DNA of 64,000 bases, taken from the NCBI GenBank assembly GCA_013239625.1, contig MU053652.1, positions 2,730,001-2,794,000 of the forward strand, written 5' to 3'. The notes beneath the pieces were generated by a model. That model searched no databases. It saw nothing but the letters and a program-made list of their open reading frames with translations, and was not told the origin of the DNA. Origin of the DNA: Lama guanicoe. Taxonomy: Eukaryota. Made by a program: the position numbers and the translations under genes. Within the stretch, counting starts at the first letter, position 1. Every line of letters begins with the position of its first letter. Below, one piece after another: positions 1-11,710 of the stretch.

Positions 1-634
1 CAAAGATGTTTATCGAATACCTCACAACTCTTGTGCTAGGCAAAAAAGATAAATAAAACACAAGCCTATACTACAGCGTATAAGCCCACTGAGGGCACAT
101 TGTGTCTTATTTGTCTTAACTTCTCAACATCTAGCATGTCCAGAGCAGAGATTTTAAATTAATATTAGATTAATGAATGAATGAAAATAGCTAGCACAGA
201 GTACACAATATGTGCTTGGCAGTGTTCTAAGCTCTTTATACATCTAAACTCATTTAATTTTCATAACGACTTTCTGGGGTGGCTAGTATACTTATCATCA
301 TTTCATATATGGGGAACTGGAGGTGTAGAGAATTTTTAAATAACTTGCATAAGGTCACACCGCTAGGTGTGACAGAGCTGGTTCCAGAGCCCACGTTCAC
401 AACCACTGGATGAAATGAAAGCTTGAGTGACTCAGCATAAACCCATTGGCACTCTTGGAAAAATAATTCAAAAGATGCATCTTTGAGGACATAGGTGGTC
501 TGGTGGTTCCAGGTATGTGCTTGGACTAGGACTCAGAATCATGTTCACATTTGCCCTCAGATGCTCAGTATAAGCGACCAACGTTGTTAGAGATGTTGAT
601 AGTGCCTCCAAAGTGCACCTTCGCATTTACTCAC

Positions 635-799
635 CCAACGTTACACAGCATTGGAACTCCAAGCTGATTTCTTCCACCACCTTCTCCTCCTCTCAAGTGG
701 GTATGTCCCTTCCATACCCAGCTGGTCCCTCTGAGTGTAGAACAAATGTGCCTAATCTCCTGCCTCCAGGCAGTTTTCTTCAGAATCCCTCTTTACTCC
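635..799 (-). pseudogene. Possible further cytoplasmic pseudo-exon
   Basis: Weak AAG acceptor. Phase 0 reads GVKRDSEENCLEAGD*AHLFYTQRDQLGMEGTYPLE. Donor TGG|gtgagt at 634; alternatively a terminal exon continuing to about 440. Confidence 0.4.
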
Positions 800-982
800 C
801 TTTGCAATTAGGTAAATAAGAGGAGGCAAAAAGGCAACTTGATGGTGGCCTCCACTGATGGCTTAGAGGGCCTAACAAAGATGTGCCAGGGCCAGGACTA
901 GTGCTCACAAGCCTCCAGTTCTCAGTTTGAGGCACAGTAGAGCCCTATAAGAATATTTGACGATTCAAGAATTGGCTCTTAC

Positions 983-1181
983 AAGCAACCATGTGACACT
1001 GCTGAGCCGTGCGAGACTGTTCCTGCAAGACATGACACGGTATAAGAAGATATTCTCTTCCCCTTTCTCCTCTACCGGCTCTCCTCCCAGTTAGAAATTA
1101 ATCATGGGACTTTCCAGGAAAGCACTGATGGCCTGGCTGGAAGACTTGAGAAACATCCAGTTGACCAGTGTTCTTGGGCAC
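983..1181 (-). pseudogene. Pseudo-exon, cytoplasmic tail
   Basis: Acceptor tgtgtttgtag, donor CTT|gtaaga, 199 nt, phase 2-0. Reads CPRTLVNWMFLKSSSQAISAFLESPMINF*LGGEPVEEKGEENIFLYRVMSCRNSLARLSSVTWLL, in frame with the TM exon. Confidence 0.55.
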
Positions 1182-2020
1182 CTACAAACACATTTTTCAG
1201 CGCTTTGGTAGAATTTATAGCATCTTATTTTTTAATTAAGGGAATCCAGAGGTTACTGTATTTATAGCTCATTTCATACAATTTAACACTTTGTTCTCTG
1301 CTTGTTTCCTTATATAAAACTTGTATTTTTCTAATCTAGATCATGAACTCACTGAGGGCAGGGGTCATGTCTTGACTTCTTTTGAATCCTCTGACCAAAC
1401 ACAGAATGAAAGAGTGCAATACCAGTGGTCAAAGGGGAATGATCACAGGAGGATATCTGAAGTCCTGGGTAGCTTCTCTGCCTCTGCCCCCTTCAGCTGG
1501 GAATAAGGGCTGAAGGAAGCACATAAGCCTCTGAAAAGCAATTTCCTCATCTTAAGACTGCCCCACTTACCTTACCAGTTTGTTGGGAGGATCAAATAAG
1601 ATAACGTATGTGAAAGTATCTTGTAAATCAAGATTTGCTAGCTACTGAAATGTGAGAAATCTTCAGTAGAAGCACTTAGTAAATATCTGATTGATTTTTA
1701 ACGATAAGTTATTATCTTACCTTCTCCCCTCTATTCAGTTCCTTTAGGGGTTTTATTTCTCAGAATTTAATTTTATCTGAGTAGCAAAGCCACTCCACAT
1801 CTTCTTGAAACTGTGTAAAATGTCCCCTAGTGCATTTCACCTGGTAGTTACTTTAAAATTTGATTGAAATCTAAGCAGACCAACCAAAAAGTCACAAAGC
1901 ATGCCATGGTCACATCTATCACATAGGGCTCCTAGATCAATGCATTTGTAACCCCCTAGGATTTCAGAACCCTTCTGTGCTACATCAACGCCCTCAAATT
2001 GTACCCAAGGCAAGGATTAC

Positions 2021-2149
2021 GTATATTTCTCTATTCTAGCATGTGCTTGAGATATGAGAGTGACAGAGCATCACTCTAAGCCCAGGCCAGCTGAGAAGAA
2101 AATGAAAAACGTGACACCTTGTATGAGAAATTTTTACAAAGAGATGACA
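2021..2149 (-). pseudogene. Pseudo-exon encoding a transmembrane-like segment
   Basis: Acceptor cagtttcatag, donor TAC|gtaatc, 129 nt, phase 2-2. Reads VISL*KFLIQGVTFFIFFSAGLGLE*CSVTLISQAHARIEKY. Confidence 0.55.
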
Positions 2150-2774
2150 CTATGAAACTGACTTAGAGTTATTCACTTATCTATATTCTTTATTTTCTAT
2201 TTGTTCTTAGCAGAGGAGATGATCCCTCTGCAGTAACAGAATTCTATATGCTACATTAGAAAAATCTTTCAAACATGATTATTCCTCAAATGCTTCTGGA
2301 AGATATAGTTTAGTTGTAGAGTTTCTACTCACTTAACTGGAGAAAAAAAAATGGAGACACTGAGACATAAAATGAGTTGTATATTCTGGGGATTAGCTTA
2401 TAGAGATTTCTGACTTCTCATCTAATACTCTGGGTCTAACAACATGAAAGTAAAAAATAACTAGAGAACTGATGACTTGTTTCTGGTAAGTATTGTCATC
2501 TCTTCCTGAAATTTTTCAATTTTAGTGTTTTCAATTAATTCATGAAAGCTATGCAAGCTGATTTTTTCCCCCAGGTTTAATTATACAGTGTCAACTGCAG
2601 GGTTGAAATATTTTGTTGGCATATTGAATCCAGACCGGAGTTTTGAACTCCATTGATGAAGATATCTATGATTCTCTTTTTATAGGCCATAAAAAGAGAA
2701 ATCTCTTTTCAGAATCAAGCAATGTAGAATAGTTTTCAGAAACTTCATTTACTTTCTTTTCAAAACTTAAAAAA

Positions 2775-2867
2775 AAAAATTATTTTAATGGAAGTACTAG
2801 GGATTGAACCCAAACCTCTTTCATGCTGAGTATGCACTCTACCACTGAGCTATAGACACACTCCCCC
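2775..2867 (-). mobile_element. tRNA-derived camelid-type SINE (Vic-1-like)
   Basis: The reverse complement carries the A box tatagctcagtggtagag and the B box gggttcaatccc, plus an AT-rich tail. Confidence 0.8.
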
Positions 2868-3526
2868 TCACCAACTTTTTGTTATAGAAAATGTCAAACA
2901 TACCCCACAGGAGAAAGAATAGTAAAAATGCACCCACCTTCCATTCTTATGAACCTGTCAGTCATCCAGCTTCAACATATGGTCAACCTTGTGAAGCCTG
3001 ATATTTAATCAACATTAGTAGCCAGTCAAATTACATTCACACTAGATGCCAATAAATCTTAATGATCAAATGTGACAGATATTTATTGATATATATTTTC
3101 CTAAAATAATTTTATTTTCATCAGATACTTTTCTTTCTCAATCTCAAATCTCTCTCATTTCTCTGCGGCTGAAGTGAGCCCAGCTCCTTTTATGGTCAAT
3201 ACTAGAGGAAAAATACTTAAGAAGAGGAAGCAGTAGTAGATTTTAAATTAATTAATCTATTAATTATTCTCTTCCTATGACACTATGCCTTGCTCTCTTT
3301 GCCTAAAATGTTACAGGCAAAGAGTTACAATGGGAAAGGAAACACTTCTAGCAACAGATCTGATACTTTGTCCCTTTGCCCCAACACTATGTAACAGGTG
3401 GCAGAATGAGAAGGTCACTCCATTCTTGATACTAAAGGCAGAGAGAGTCTCAGGGACAAATATTATAATCCAGATGTTTCAAGGTGGAGACTTTCTTGTA
3501 TGTAATACGTTAACTTATTTATGTGA

Positions 3527-3558
3527 ATATATATATATTATATATATATATATATATA
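3527..3558. repeat. (TA)n microsatellite
   Basis: Seen directly; one interruption. Confidence 0.9.
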
Positions 3559-3789
3559 CAAGTTTTTGCAGAGTACAAATAGTTTGCTCTATAAAATTAT
3601 TACTCTAAGATTTATCAAAATGTATACCAATTTGTAGCCAAATCATACCCACAGGAAATCTAAAATAATAATAATTTTTAAAAAGACATAAATTAGAATG
3701 ATGAAGTTGAGTAGAAGTTATATGGCTTTAACAAAACTTTGATTTCTTCTTTTATATAGTTCCCATGGTAAAAACAGTAAAATTCCTAC

Positions 3790-4020
3790 CTAGATGGTAA
3801 CACATAACCATTTGCTCAATTTTAGGATCCTTTGATTGCTCTTGGGAACAAACGTACTGCTGTGGCATGAGGTGGAAGGCATAATTTGGAGCCAGATAAG
3901 AGGAAAAAACGCTCCTTTAACAAGTAATATATTCATGTAAATGTAAAAGTATCAAAAAAAGGCTTAATAATTTCACCAAGTAATCTAACGCTAAATTTCA
4001 TAGGCAAGTTCCTTGCAGAA
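3790..4020 (-). pseudogene. Pseudo-exon with Cys-rich (ephrin-receptor/TNFR-like) remnant
   Basis: Acceptor gtttttgacag, donor TAG|gtagga. Across frames it reads LQGTCL*NLALDYLVKLLSLF...YITC / KERFFLLSGSKLCLP / SCHSSTFVPKSNQ, ending ANGYVLPS in phase 2. Confidence 0.5.
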
Positions 4021-4964
4021 CTGTCAAAAACTTTGTACAGCTCAAGCCCTCCATAGAAAAAGGTTTTAAAACTTTTAAACCAAATGCGTTGGGGATAGCA
4101 AGCCACGAAGTATAATGCAGTGTTACTCATTACTGTTATTTGCTTTATTATTCATGGTGACTTGTTTTGCATTCAGTAAAGACTCACAGAAGTGTAATGG
4201 TGGATACTTATCATAATTCATTCCCATGTGGACTTTTAGAGTCCAGGATAATAGCTTTCCTTTGTGCTTCAGTAGTTAGACTCTGAAAGGAATCTGGAAA
4301 GTGCTGCACACAGAGGTGGCGCTCAGTCAGAACTGGGCTCATCTCCAGCTCTGCTTAAGAGAGTTCCTTGCTGTCTACGTGCTGTCTACGTGTGATATTG
4401 AAGGGAGTGAGGAAAAAACTTCCTTAATGAGTGCATGGTGCCAATAACCTTACTTCACTATGGAAGAAATAAATTGCATTTCTTCCTCAGCATGTTCACA
4501 ATGAATCTCTGCGATACAGGGATATGGTTACTCAGTCAGAAAAAAAGCATGTATTTATTGAAGGGAAGTAAGCACTTTCAACTTAACAGATAGGGGGAAA
4601 AAACTTTTAAAAAAGGATGAAGCCAGTGAACCTAAGGAAAGCAAGGGGACGGGGAGGAGGAAACAACAATAAGGTATAATAAGTTTTCTTATTCTTAATT
4701 AATAAAAAGGAATGAATAAAAATAAGTGTGTCACTAAAAATTTGAATGAGTTGCATTTCCCTTTCAAAAAACAAACTTTCAGATAAGGCTCCAAACCCAA
4801 AATTAAGCTATGTATAAGAAACTTACTTCAAATAAAGTAACAAAGGAAGTTTGAAGATAAATAATTGGGCAGACATATGTCAGGCCAATCCAGAAACATA
4901 AATAGCAATATTAATATCAAATTCCAGGCTCAAAGCATTACATAGGCACAAGAGGATGGAATGA

Positions 4965-5445
4965 ATAAAGGCACTGTAGCAAAGATTGCTAAGATGCCTA
5001 TGCAATGTCCATTCCTTGTCAGCCTTCCTAACAAAACCTCGATTTAATTTGTCATAGCAATGTATCCAGACACAAATTATTTTTCCCATCCTCTTTTACA
5101 ATTAGGGGTGGACACTAAGTTGTAAGCAGAAGTTTGTGGGTGGGGCCTGTTGAAGTCTAATCCAGTTGGAAGCTATTCCTTTCTGCCTTCTTCTTTTTCC
5201 TTCTGACTGGAATATGTATGTGATGGCTGGAGCTGCAGGAACCATCTTGCAACCATGACTGGGAGAACAAACACCACTTACTAAAGGTAGCAAAACAGAA
5301 AAACAAATGGAGCTTGTATTCCAGATGACCATGGAACCACTCTACCAGCCCTTAACTTCTTTTACCGTCGTGTTTAAGAAAAATACATTTCTATTTATTT
5401 AAGCCACTATTATTTCAGTATCATTTTTATGCAGCCAGCTCAATT
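4965..5445. mobile_element. MLT1 (ERVL-MaLR) solo LTR
   Basis: Typical MLT1 motifs: gatggctggagctgcaggaaccatcttg and tttaagccactattatttcag...tgcagcc. Confidence 0.65.
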
Positions 5446-6254
5446 TCCTGTGGTATGGGTATAAACATGAAATAATATAATACTTGTAAGCTATTAAGAA
5501 CTAAAAAACAGTGCAAATTTTTTAACATATCAAAACTACTAGAAAGACAAGCATAATTTGATAAAAATTACAGCCTTAGCAGTAGGTAGCCACCTCTTTC
5601 AAAATTTGATATATGAAGTCAAAAGCAAGTAAGACTAGAATGATATAATCTACAAGCTTATTATATATGCATGTATATATGAGTATATATGTGCATTTAG
5701 TATATAGTATAAAAACTCATAAATTTATACCTTACAAAAAGAGAATATGCAATCTTTTTATATGCGTATGGAACACTTACAAAATCAATCATGTACTTGG
5801 CCATCAAAGTTGAAAGCATATTGTGGTTTGGGTACAGAAGAAAGGTGATGGAACCAGACAGTTTGTTCTCCAGCTTGCTGGCTGTGTGACCTTGGGCGAG
5901 TTACTTAACCTTTCTGGGCTTTGTGCTTTTATCTGTAGAGTTAGGGTCATAACAGATAGAAAGTTATCTTTTATGAATATTATTATCCCTCTGGGCCTAG
6001 CATTTTCCAGCTTGATGTCCATTTACCTGCATAAAGCTGTTAATACCGTTTGTAACTAACTCTAGGCAGAGGTGCCAGGCCATCAGATGGCTGTCACTGT
6101 TTCCGTTGGGAGGGTCAGGGCAGGATAGAAGGTTAACATTTCCCCGTTTGGCCTCCACTGAGCAGTGAACACAACGCCGTCTAGCACAGTATTCCAGAGC
6201 ACCAAAAGAATGTTAAATGGATGAATTGTTACTTGCAGGAAAAGAAACAGGCAC

Positions 6255-6348
6255 CATGTTTCCAATTATTCTTCATTTCAGACAACAACTAGCTGTTTCC
6301 GTTGGCTGGCACAGTAGCTGAATGGGGAACACTATTGAGTAAACTCTG
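6255..6348 (-). pseudogene. Possible short Cys-containing pseudo-exon
   Basis: Acceptor atcctttttcag, weak donor ATG|gtgcct. Reads EFTQ*CSPFSYCASQRKQLVVV*. Confidence 0.35.
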
Positions 6349-6924
6349 CTGAAAAAGGATGAATGTGGGCCAGTGAATTTTTATGACACAGCCCTAGCTT
6401 TATTTTTGCCTATTGCTGGCAAGCTAATGAGAGGGACATTAGGAAACAATTGACAAAAATTTCATAAATAAGGCTTAAAGGACAAGAAGTATCTATGGTC
6501 ACCCAAATATAAACTTTTTGTACCAACAAGGATTATTTGTGACATAAGGCAGAACCTCTAAATTTAGCTATTGGATACAAAAAGAAAAAACATATCAATC
6601 TTTTTTAAAAAACCTCACAAAATAAAACATTTTTTAATCACAAAAGCAAAATATTGAAGTATTTATAATATTTTTAAATAGGTCAAAAAAAGACAGGATT
6701 TTCATGAGCAAGTACAGTAATATATGGAAATACATGACTATATTAATGGTATTATAAATACAACAGAAAATACAATTAATTGTATATTATAATAATTATT
6801 TCATATAAGTAAATTATAAACATACAGGCTATATAAATTATAAGTATTGAATATGTTTATATATTTTAATAAAATTAAATTTAATGGACATACTACATAA
6901 ATGAGAGACTTAAAAGTTTTATCC

Positions 6925-7058
6925 CTGAACTTAGAGGGAAAGCAGAAATGAACTGAAGATAGTAAGTTTCTTAACTCATTTCAGGTCACAAGCCATTGAT
7001 AAACTATCTGATGTCAACTGGGAATGAATGGGGTATTCATTCCTTTGCTTTTGGGGAC
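6925..7058 (-). pseudogene. Pseudo-exon directly after the Ig exon
   Basis: Acceptor gctattacag after a 127-nt intron. The phase-1 frame reads GPQKQRNEYPIHSQLTSDSLSMACDLK*VKKLTIFSSFLLSL*. The donor is not clearly preserved. Confidence 0.45.
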
Positions 7059-7185
7059 CTGTAATAGCATCAGCAGAGTAATATTTATGTGTTTGCATAT
7101 TTTTCTATGGTTTTATCTCAGACATGTTGATGTACAGATAGGTAAACTGAGGGTGGTTAATTTTTTGGTCCAAAATATTTCCTAC

Positions 7186-7543
7186 CTCTCTAGCTGTTGC
7201 TGATTTCTCTCAGCATTATCTTAGTGTATCAAATCTTCACCAATCTTCACTCTTTGCTCTCTTTAAAAAAAGGTTTTGTGTGATTGCAAAATCAGCTCCC
7301 ATTTTTCTGCTGAGAATGACCTTCTCGCCAACTTCTGCACTCATAAATATCCTTTCTCAGCTTTTGCTTAAGCTGTTGTCATTCACAGAAGCTCCATCTT
7401 CTTTCCATGTGTAAGAAAACATTAGACTCAGGAAGAAGTTTTTTCCAAGTATGGGGGTTCAGACTTAGATACAATTCAAACCATGTATTGCTTCCCAAAT
7501 GAAGATATATATAGGGTGCCCATTTATCAGGGCGGAAGATAGA
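7186..7543 (-). pseudogene. Pseudo-exon encoding a degenerate Ig-like domain
   Basis: Long polypyrimidine tract ending ctctcctccccag, donor GAG|gtagga, 358 nt. Reads PYIYLHLGSNTWFELYLSLNPHTWKKLLPESNVF, then after a frameshift YTWKEDGASVNDNSLSKS*ERIF...AITQNLFLKRAKSED. This contains an Ig C-strand W-K-x-D-G motif and an E/F-strand L-x-L-x-x-A-x-x-E-D pattern. Confidence 0.65.
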
Positions 7544-7834
7544 CTGGGGAGGAGAGACAGAGAGAAACAAAAACAGAGAGGAGAGAAGCAGAGAACAGAC
7601 TTCCTCTGTTTGAATTGTCCTAGAAGCTCAGGATCTGTACTCCTTCTGTAACCCGGTTGATTAGCACAATCCTATCTGGACTACATGAATTTTTTAAAAA
7701 TTCAGCTTGAGATAGTAATATATATTTACTGGATGGAACTGAGAAAATCAGTGTTAAGAACTACATTAAAATAATGAGGTTTTTTTTTTTTTTTGGTTTA
7801 GAAGATTTTTTTTAACAGAATTTTTTTGGAGAGT

Positions 7835-7947
7835 AATTAAATTTCATTTATTCATTTACTTTTTTCTTAATGGAGGTACTGGGGCTTAAATCCAGACTCT
7901 TGTGCATGCTAGGCATGTGCTCTACCACTGAGCTATACCCTCCCCGG
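7835..7947 (-). mobile_element. tRNA-derived camelid-type SINE (Vic-1-like)
   Basis: Reverse complement reads ggggagggtatagctcagtggtagagcacatgcctagcatgcacaagagtctggatttaagccccagtacctcc, plus an A-rich tail. Confidence 0.85.
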
Positions 7948-8148
7948 ATAATTTTTTTGGTCCCCAAAATTGTCCTCCTAAAATGTGTATGAGTCTATCT
8001 AATCATGTAAGCACAGGGTCATCTTGCATTCCTGCCTTCTCCCAACACATGGAAAACAGATAACTTTGTGCTGCCCTCATCCCCGAGATAGGAAGAGATG
8101 CCACAAAGTAATTTTAAAAGATAGAGAAGGATTAAGAAAAACAAAGAA

Positions 8149-8263
8149 GTGCTCGCTTTGGTAGCACATGTACTAAAATTGGAAAGATACAGAGAAGAAG
8201 AGAAGATTAGTGTGGCCCCTTCATAAGGATGATATGCAAATTTGTGAAGTGTTCCATATTTTT
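8149..8263 (+). pseudogene. RNU6: U6 snRNA retrocopy (full length, diverged), 5' part of a U6/L1 chimera
   Basis: gtgctcgctttggtagcacatgtactaaaattggaaagatacagagaaga...gttccatattttt matches U6 end to end, with CpG decay and an 8-nt duplication next to the ACAGAGA box. No upstream PSE/TATA is evident. Confidence 0.95.
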
Positions 8264-8848
8264 CTATTTACAATAGCCAAGACATGGAAAGAACCTAAAT
8301 GTCCATCAACAGATGACTGGATAAAGAAGATATGGTATATTTATACAATGGAATACTATTCAGCCATAAAAAGAATGAAATAATGCCATTTGCAACAACA
8401 TGGATGTTTCTGGAGAATGTCATTCTAAGTGAAGTAAGCCAGAAAGAGAAAGAAAAATACCATATGAGATCGCTCACATGTGGAATTAAAAAAAAAAAGA
8501 ACATAAATACAAAACAGAAACAGATTCATAGACATAGAATACAAACTTGTGGTTGCCAAGGGGGCGGAGGGTGGGAAGGGACAGACTGGGAGTTCAGAAT
8601 TTGTAGATACTGACAGGCATATGTAGACTAGATAAACAAGATTATACTGTATAGCACAGAGAAATATATACAAGATCTTGTGGTATCTCACAGCAAAAAA
8701 AAAAAGTGACAATGAATATATGTATGTTCATATATAACTGGAAAATTGTGCTCTACACTGGAATTTGACACAACATTGTAAAATGACTATAACTCAATAA
8801 AATAAATAAATAAACACACCGCATACAAAAAAAAAAAGGAAAAAGAAA
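8264..8848 (+). mobile_element. L1 3' end (ORF2 C-terminus, 3'UTR, polyA) fused to U6
   Basis: ORF 8332 (YNGILFSHKKNEIMPFATTWMFLENVILSEVSQKEK) is L1-derived. AATAAA and an A-rich tail follow. Flanking TSD aagaaaaacaaagaa (8134-8148) and aagaaaacaaagaa (8849-8862). Confidence 0.92.
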
Positions 8849-9288
8849 AAGAAAACAAAGAAAGGGTTCTGAGGGAAATGCAACATATGAAATCAGGAAT
8901 CTTTCTTTCCATGTAATTTATAAAGTTTTTGTTTTTTGGATCTTTCTTATCTCCTGACACTTGTTTTCTCTTCACCAGGCAAAGACACCCAATATTGCCT
9001 ATTAAGAATGCCATCTGCCTCTCTGAAAAAAGACAGACAGGGTAGGGAGTGGTGATGAGGGGAAATATGGGAGATTAAAAATCTTTAAGTTTGAAGAAGA
9101 GGGAAAATGAAAACTGAAAAAAAATAAATTTAATTGTCAGTTTCTTCCTCAAACATCACTTCAGGTTACGAGATAATTTGCAGTAAAGACCTTTTTTTTT
9201 TTTTTTTTACAAACCTAACTCATATCATCATTCTAGACTCAGATGTGTCCCTCTTCCATTTATTGGTCAATAAAGAGATTCATCTCAC

Positions 9289-9447
9289 CCAGAATCCAAT
9301 CATTTAAAATGAGTCACAATACATGACTCAAGATTAAATAGCAACAGTATATTTCATCATATTAAATTTAATGTTTCCTTCAAGATTGGCTTGTAGGTTA
9401 GTTTCTCCCCCAATCCCAGGCAGCTCAAGAATTTTGTTATACTCTAT
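9289..9447 (-). pseudogene. Possible pseudo-exon
   Basis: Weak acceptor catgcaacag, donor TGG|gtgaga. Reads IEYNKILELPGIGGETNLQANLEGNIKFNMMKYTVAI*. Confidence 0.35.
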
Positions 9448-9726
9448 CTGTTGCATGATTACTCTGCTGCCTCTGTGTGTGTGTGTGTGTGAATAAAATA
9501 TAATGTGTACACACACAGTGTTTGAATAGTGCTATAATTATAAGCAGAAGTTTAAAGAAAATATTGATTTCACCAATTCACCAAGGAAAAGACAAACTAA
9601 CTAAAACAAATACCATATTACAGAATAATCTGACTTTCATTTTTAAAATCCAGTAAGTTTTACTCAAATTTTATAAATTTAACTCAGCCATTCCTCATAT
9701 GCTAGGAGTTGAAATCTCCCTCATAC

Positions 9727-10020
9727 ATTTGAAATATTTATCATAGATGTCAAACATTACACAGAGATTTATGGTGAAATTAATACTGTGGATCAAATAT
9801 AAGTGGCTGCTCCCCAATTGCATTTGACAGCATTTCTTTCAGTAGTTTCTGAAGAATCTTAACAACAGGTTTGCCTAAGTCAGAGTCTTTCTTGCCCCAG
9901 TTACTATAGGAGACGTTTCTATGGCCATTTGTGGTGTTCAAGATAGGCAGACTTGAATTCATATTCTTTAACTTTGCTGGGTCATCAAGTATGCTCACTG
10001 ATAAATTAATCCTTGTTCAC
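9727..10020 (-). pseudogene. Pseudo-exon rich in N-glycosylation sequons
   Basis: Acceptor aatatag, donor AAT|gtatga. Reads RINLSVSILDDPAKLKNMNSSLPILNTTNGHRNVSYSNWGKKDSDLGKPVVKILQKLLKEMLSNAIGEQPLIFDPQY*, with four N-x-S/T sequons in about 35 aa. Confidence 0.55.
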
Positions 10021-11710
10021 CTATATTAATTAGCCCCAAAGCAAATCCTTTAACGGTTCTTCATTTCTTCCAGTCAAAGATGAAAGGCTCACAATCTTAG
10101 ATCTTGCATTCATAGCCTTTCTCCACTGGTCCCAATTTACCCTTCTACCACATCCCTTCTGTGCTGGTCTCGCTTGCCTACTCATTGTTCCCCAAACGTA
10201 CCCCGTACCTGTCTACCTTCAGGCATTGACGCAAGCTGTTCTTACCTGGACTATTTTCTTCCTTTTGCTTAACAAACCCAAGCCTACTCATTCTTTTTTG
10301 TAAAATTTCTATATTTTAATTAAACAAAATAATGCATGACTACATTCTCTTTAGGAAAATATTCAAACAATATAGAAGTATACGTACAGCAAAAACTGAA
10401 AGTCCTTGTGAATTTTAGCCCTTCCCTCCCCTCCCCCACCACCTGCTGACCACACTCCCTCCTCCCATTTTGCTGGTATCTTTCCAACAATTTCTCTCTG
10501 CATTTAATATACACATATAGTTTTTGTTTGCTTCATTTTTAGATAAGTGGATTCAAACTATTCTGTTCTGTAGCTAGCTTCCTCCTCTTTAGGACCTATA
10601 TAAAATCTCCTGTTCCCTGAAGGCCCCCACCCCCACCCCACTGCTTTAGCATCCTCCTTCATCTCTCATTACTCTGCTTTGAACTTTTAATTCTTGGTAC
10701 CCATGGCACTCTATTGGCTTCTCATCCATCTCTTTATGACATCGACTGTTTAAACTATATTATGTGTGAGTCTTATCACTGGAATGTAAAGTCTTTGAGG
10801 GCAGGAACTTATCTTCATCTTTTGTGGTGTTTAGAACTGTATTAGGCACGAAGTATGTATTCAAAACTATTTTATTGAGGTAAGTGAACTTCAGAGTCCC
10901 CATTTCCTGACCTAAGTGAGAAAGCTCCGCTTAAGTGGAGAGAAAAGTAAAAAATGTACTGTAATGAAGTACTTTACAGTTTTAATGGTCTCTCCTAAGA
11001 ATTCTCCTAATCTGTTCTACATGATGGGTTGGCAGATTTCTACGAATCAACTGAGAAGCCCAGTAACTTTGTGAGAAGTCAGAGACCCCAGGCAAACTAT
11101 TTCTTCTCTGATATCTCAGACCAAGGACAGCTCCACCAGTTAAAACACTCTTACAGCAAAGGGGCGTTTACAGCACAGGCTGATAGGGGAAGGAGTTGTG
11201 AGGGAAGCACAGACTAAGGAAAACACACTCTCTCAGACTTATGGTTTTAAAATTTCAACTCTCACTGGACCACTTCTCCACTGGAATTACTCACTGGCAT
11301 AACAGCCACAGCAATTCAAAAAGCCTTTCACTCCTCCTTTTAACATAAAAGCTGTAAAGTCACACTTGACACTCCTTTTAAAAATGTTATTCTCTCAGCT
11401 CACAGAGAAGGCGAAATAACTAGTAAAACATAGCTTCTGTTTCATTTTAAAACACTGTCTCTTCAACAAGTTACTTAATACCTTTGTGCCTCAGTTCCTT
11501 TATCTATAAAATGGATATAACAATAGTGCCTACTTTATTGGATACTGAGCATTAAAATGAGATAATCAAGTACAATACATAGCAAAGTCTGGCTTATAAT
11601 AAGTTCTCAAAAATATTCGCTATGGTGAGGATGATCATGTTATGACTTCTAATATCTATGTCAGGAGTTTCCTACAAGGAACTTCAGCCAAAGAAGGCAG
11701 ACAAGAATAC

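Noticed and set aside
2480..2700. Plus-strand donor (CTG|gtaagt) and acceptor (ttttttcccccag) pair
   Set aside because: There is no coherent reading frame or partner exons, so it is probably chance.
6580..6900. Extremely AT-rich stretch as a functional element
   Set aside because: Low-complexity intronic sequence with no identifiable structure.
8149..8263. Functional U6 snRNA gene
   Set aside because: Many substitutions, an internal duplication, fusion to L1, a TSD and no evident upstream promoter.
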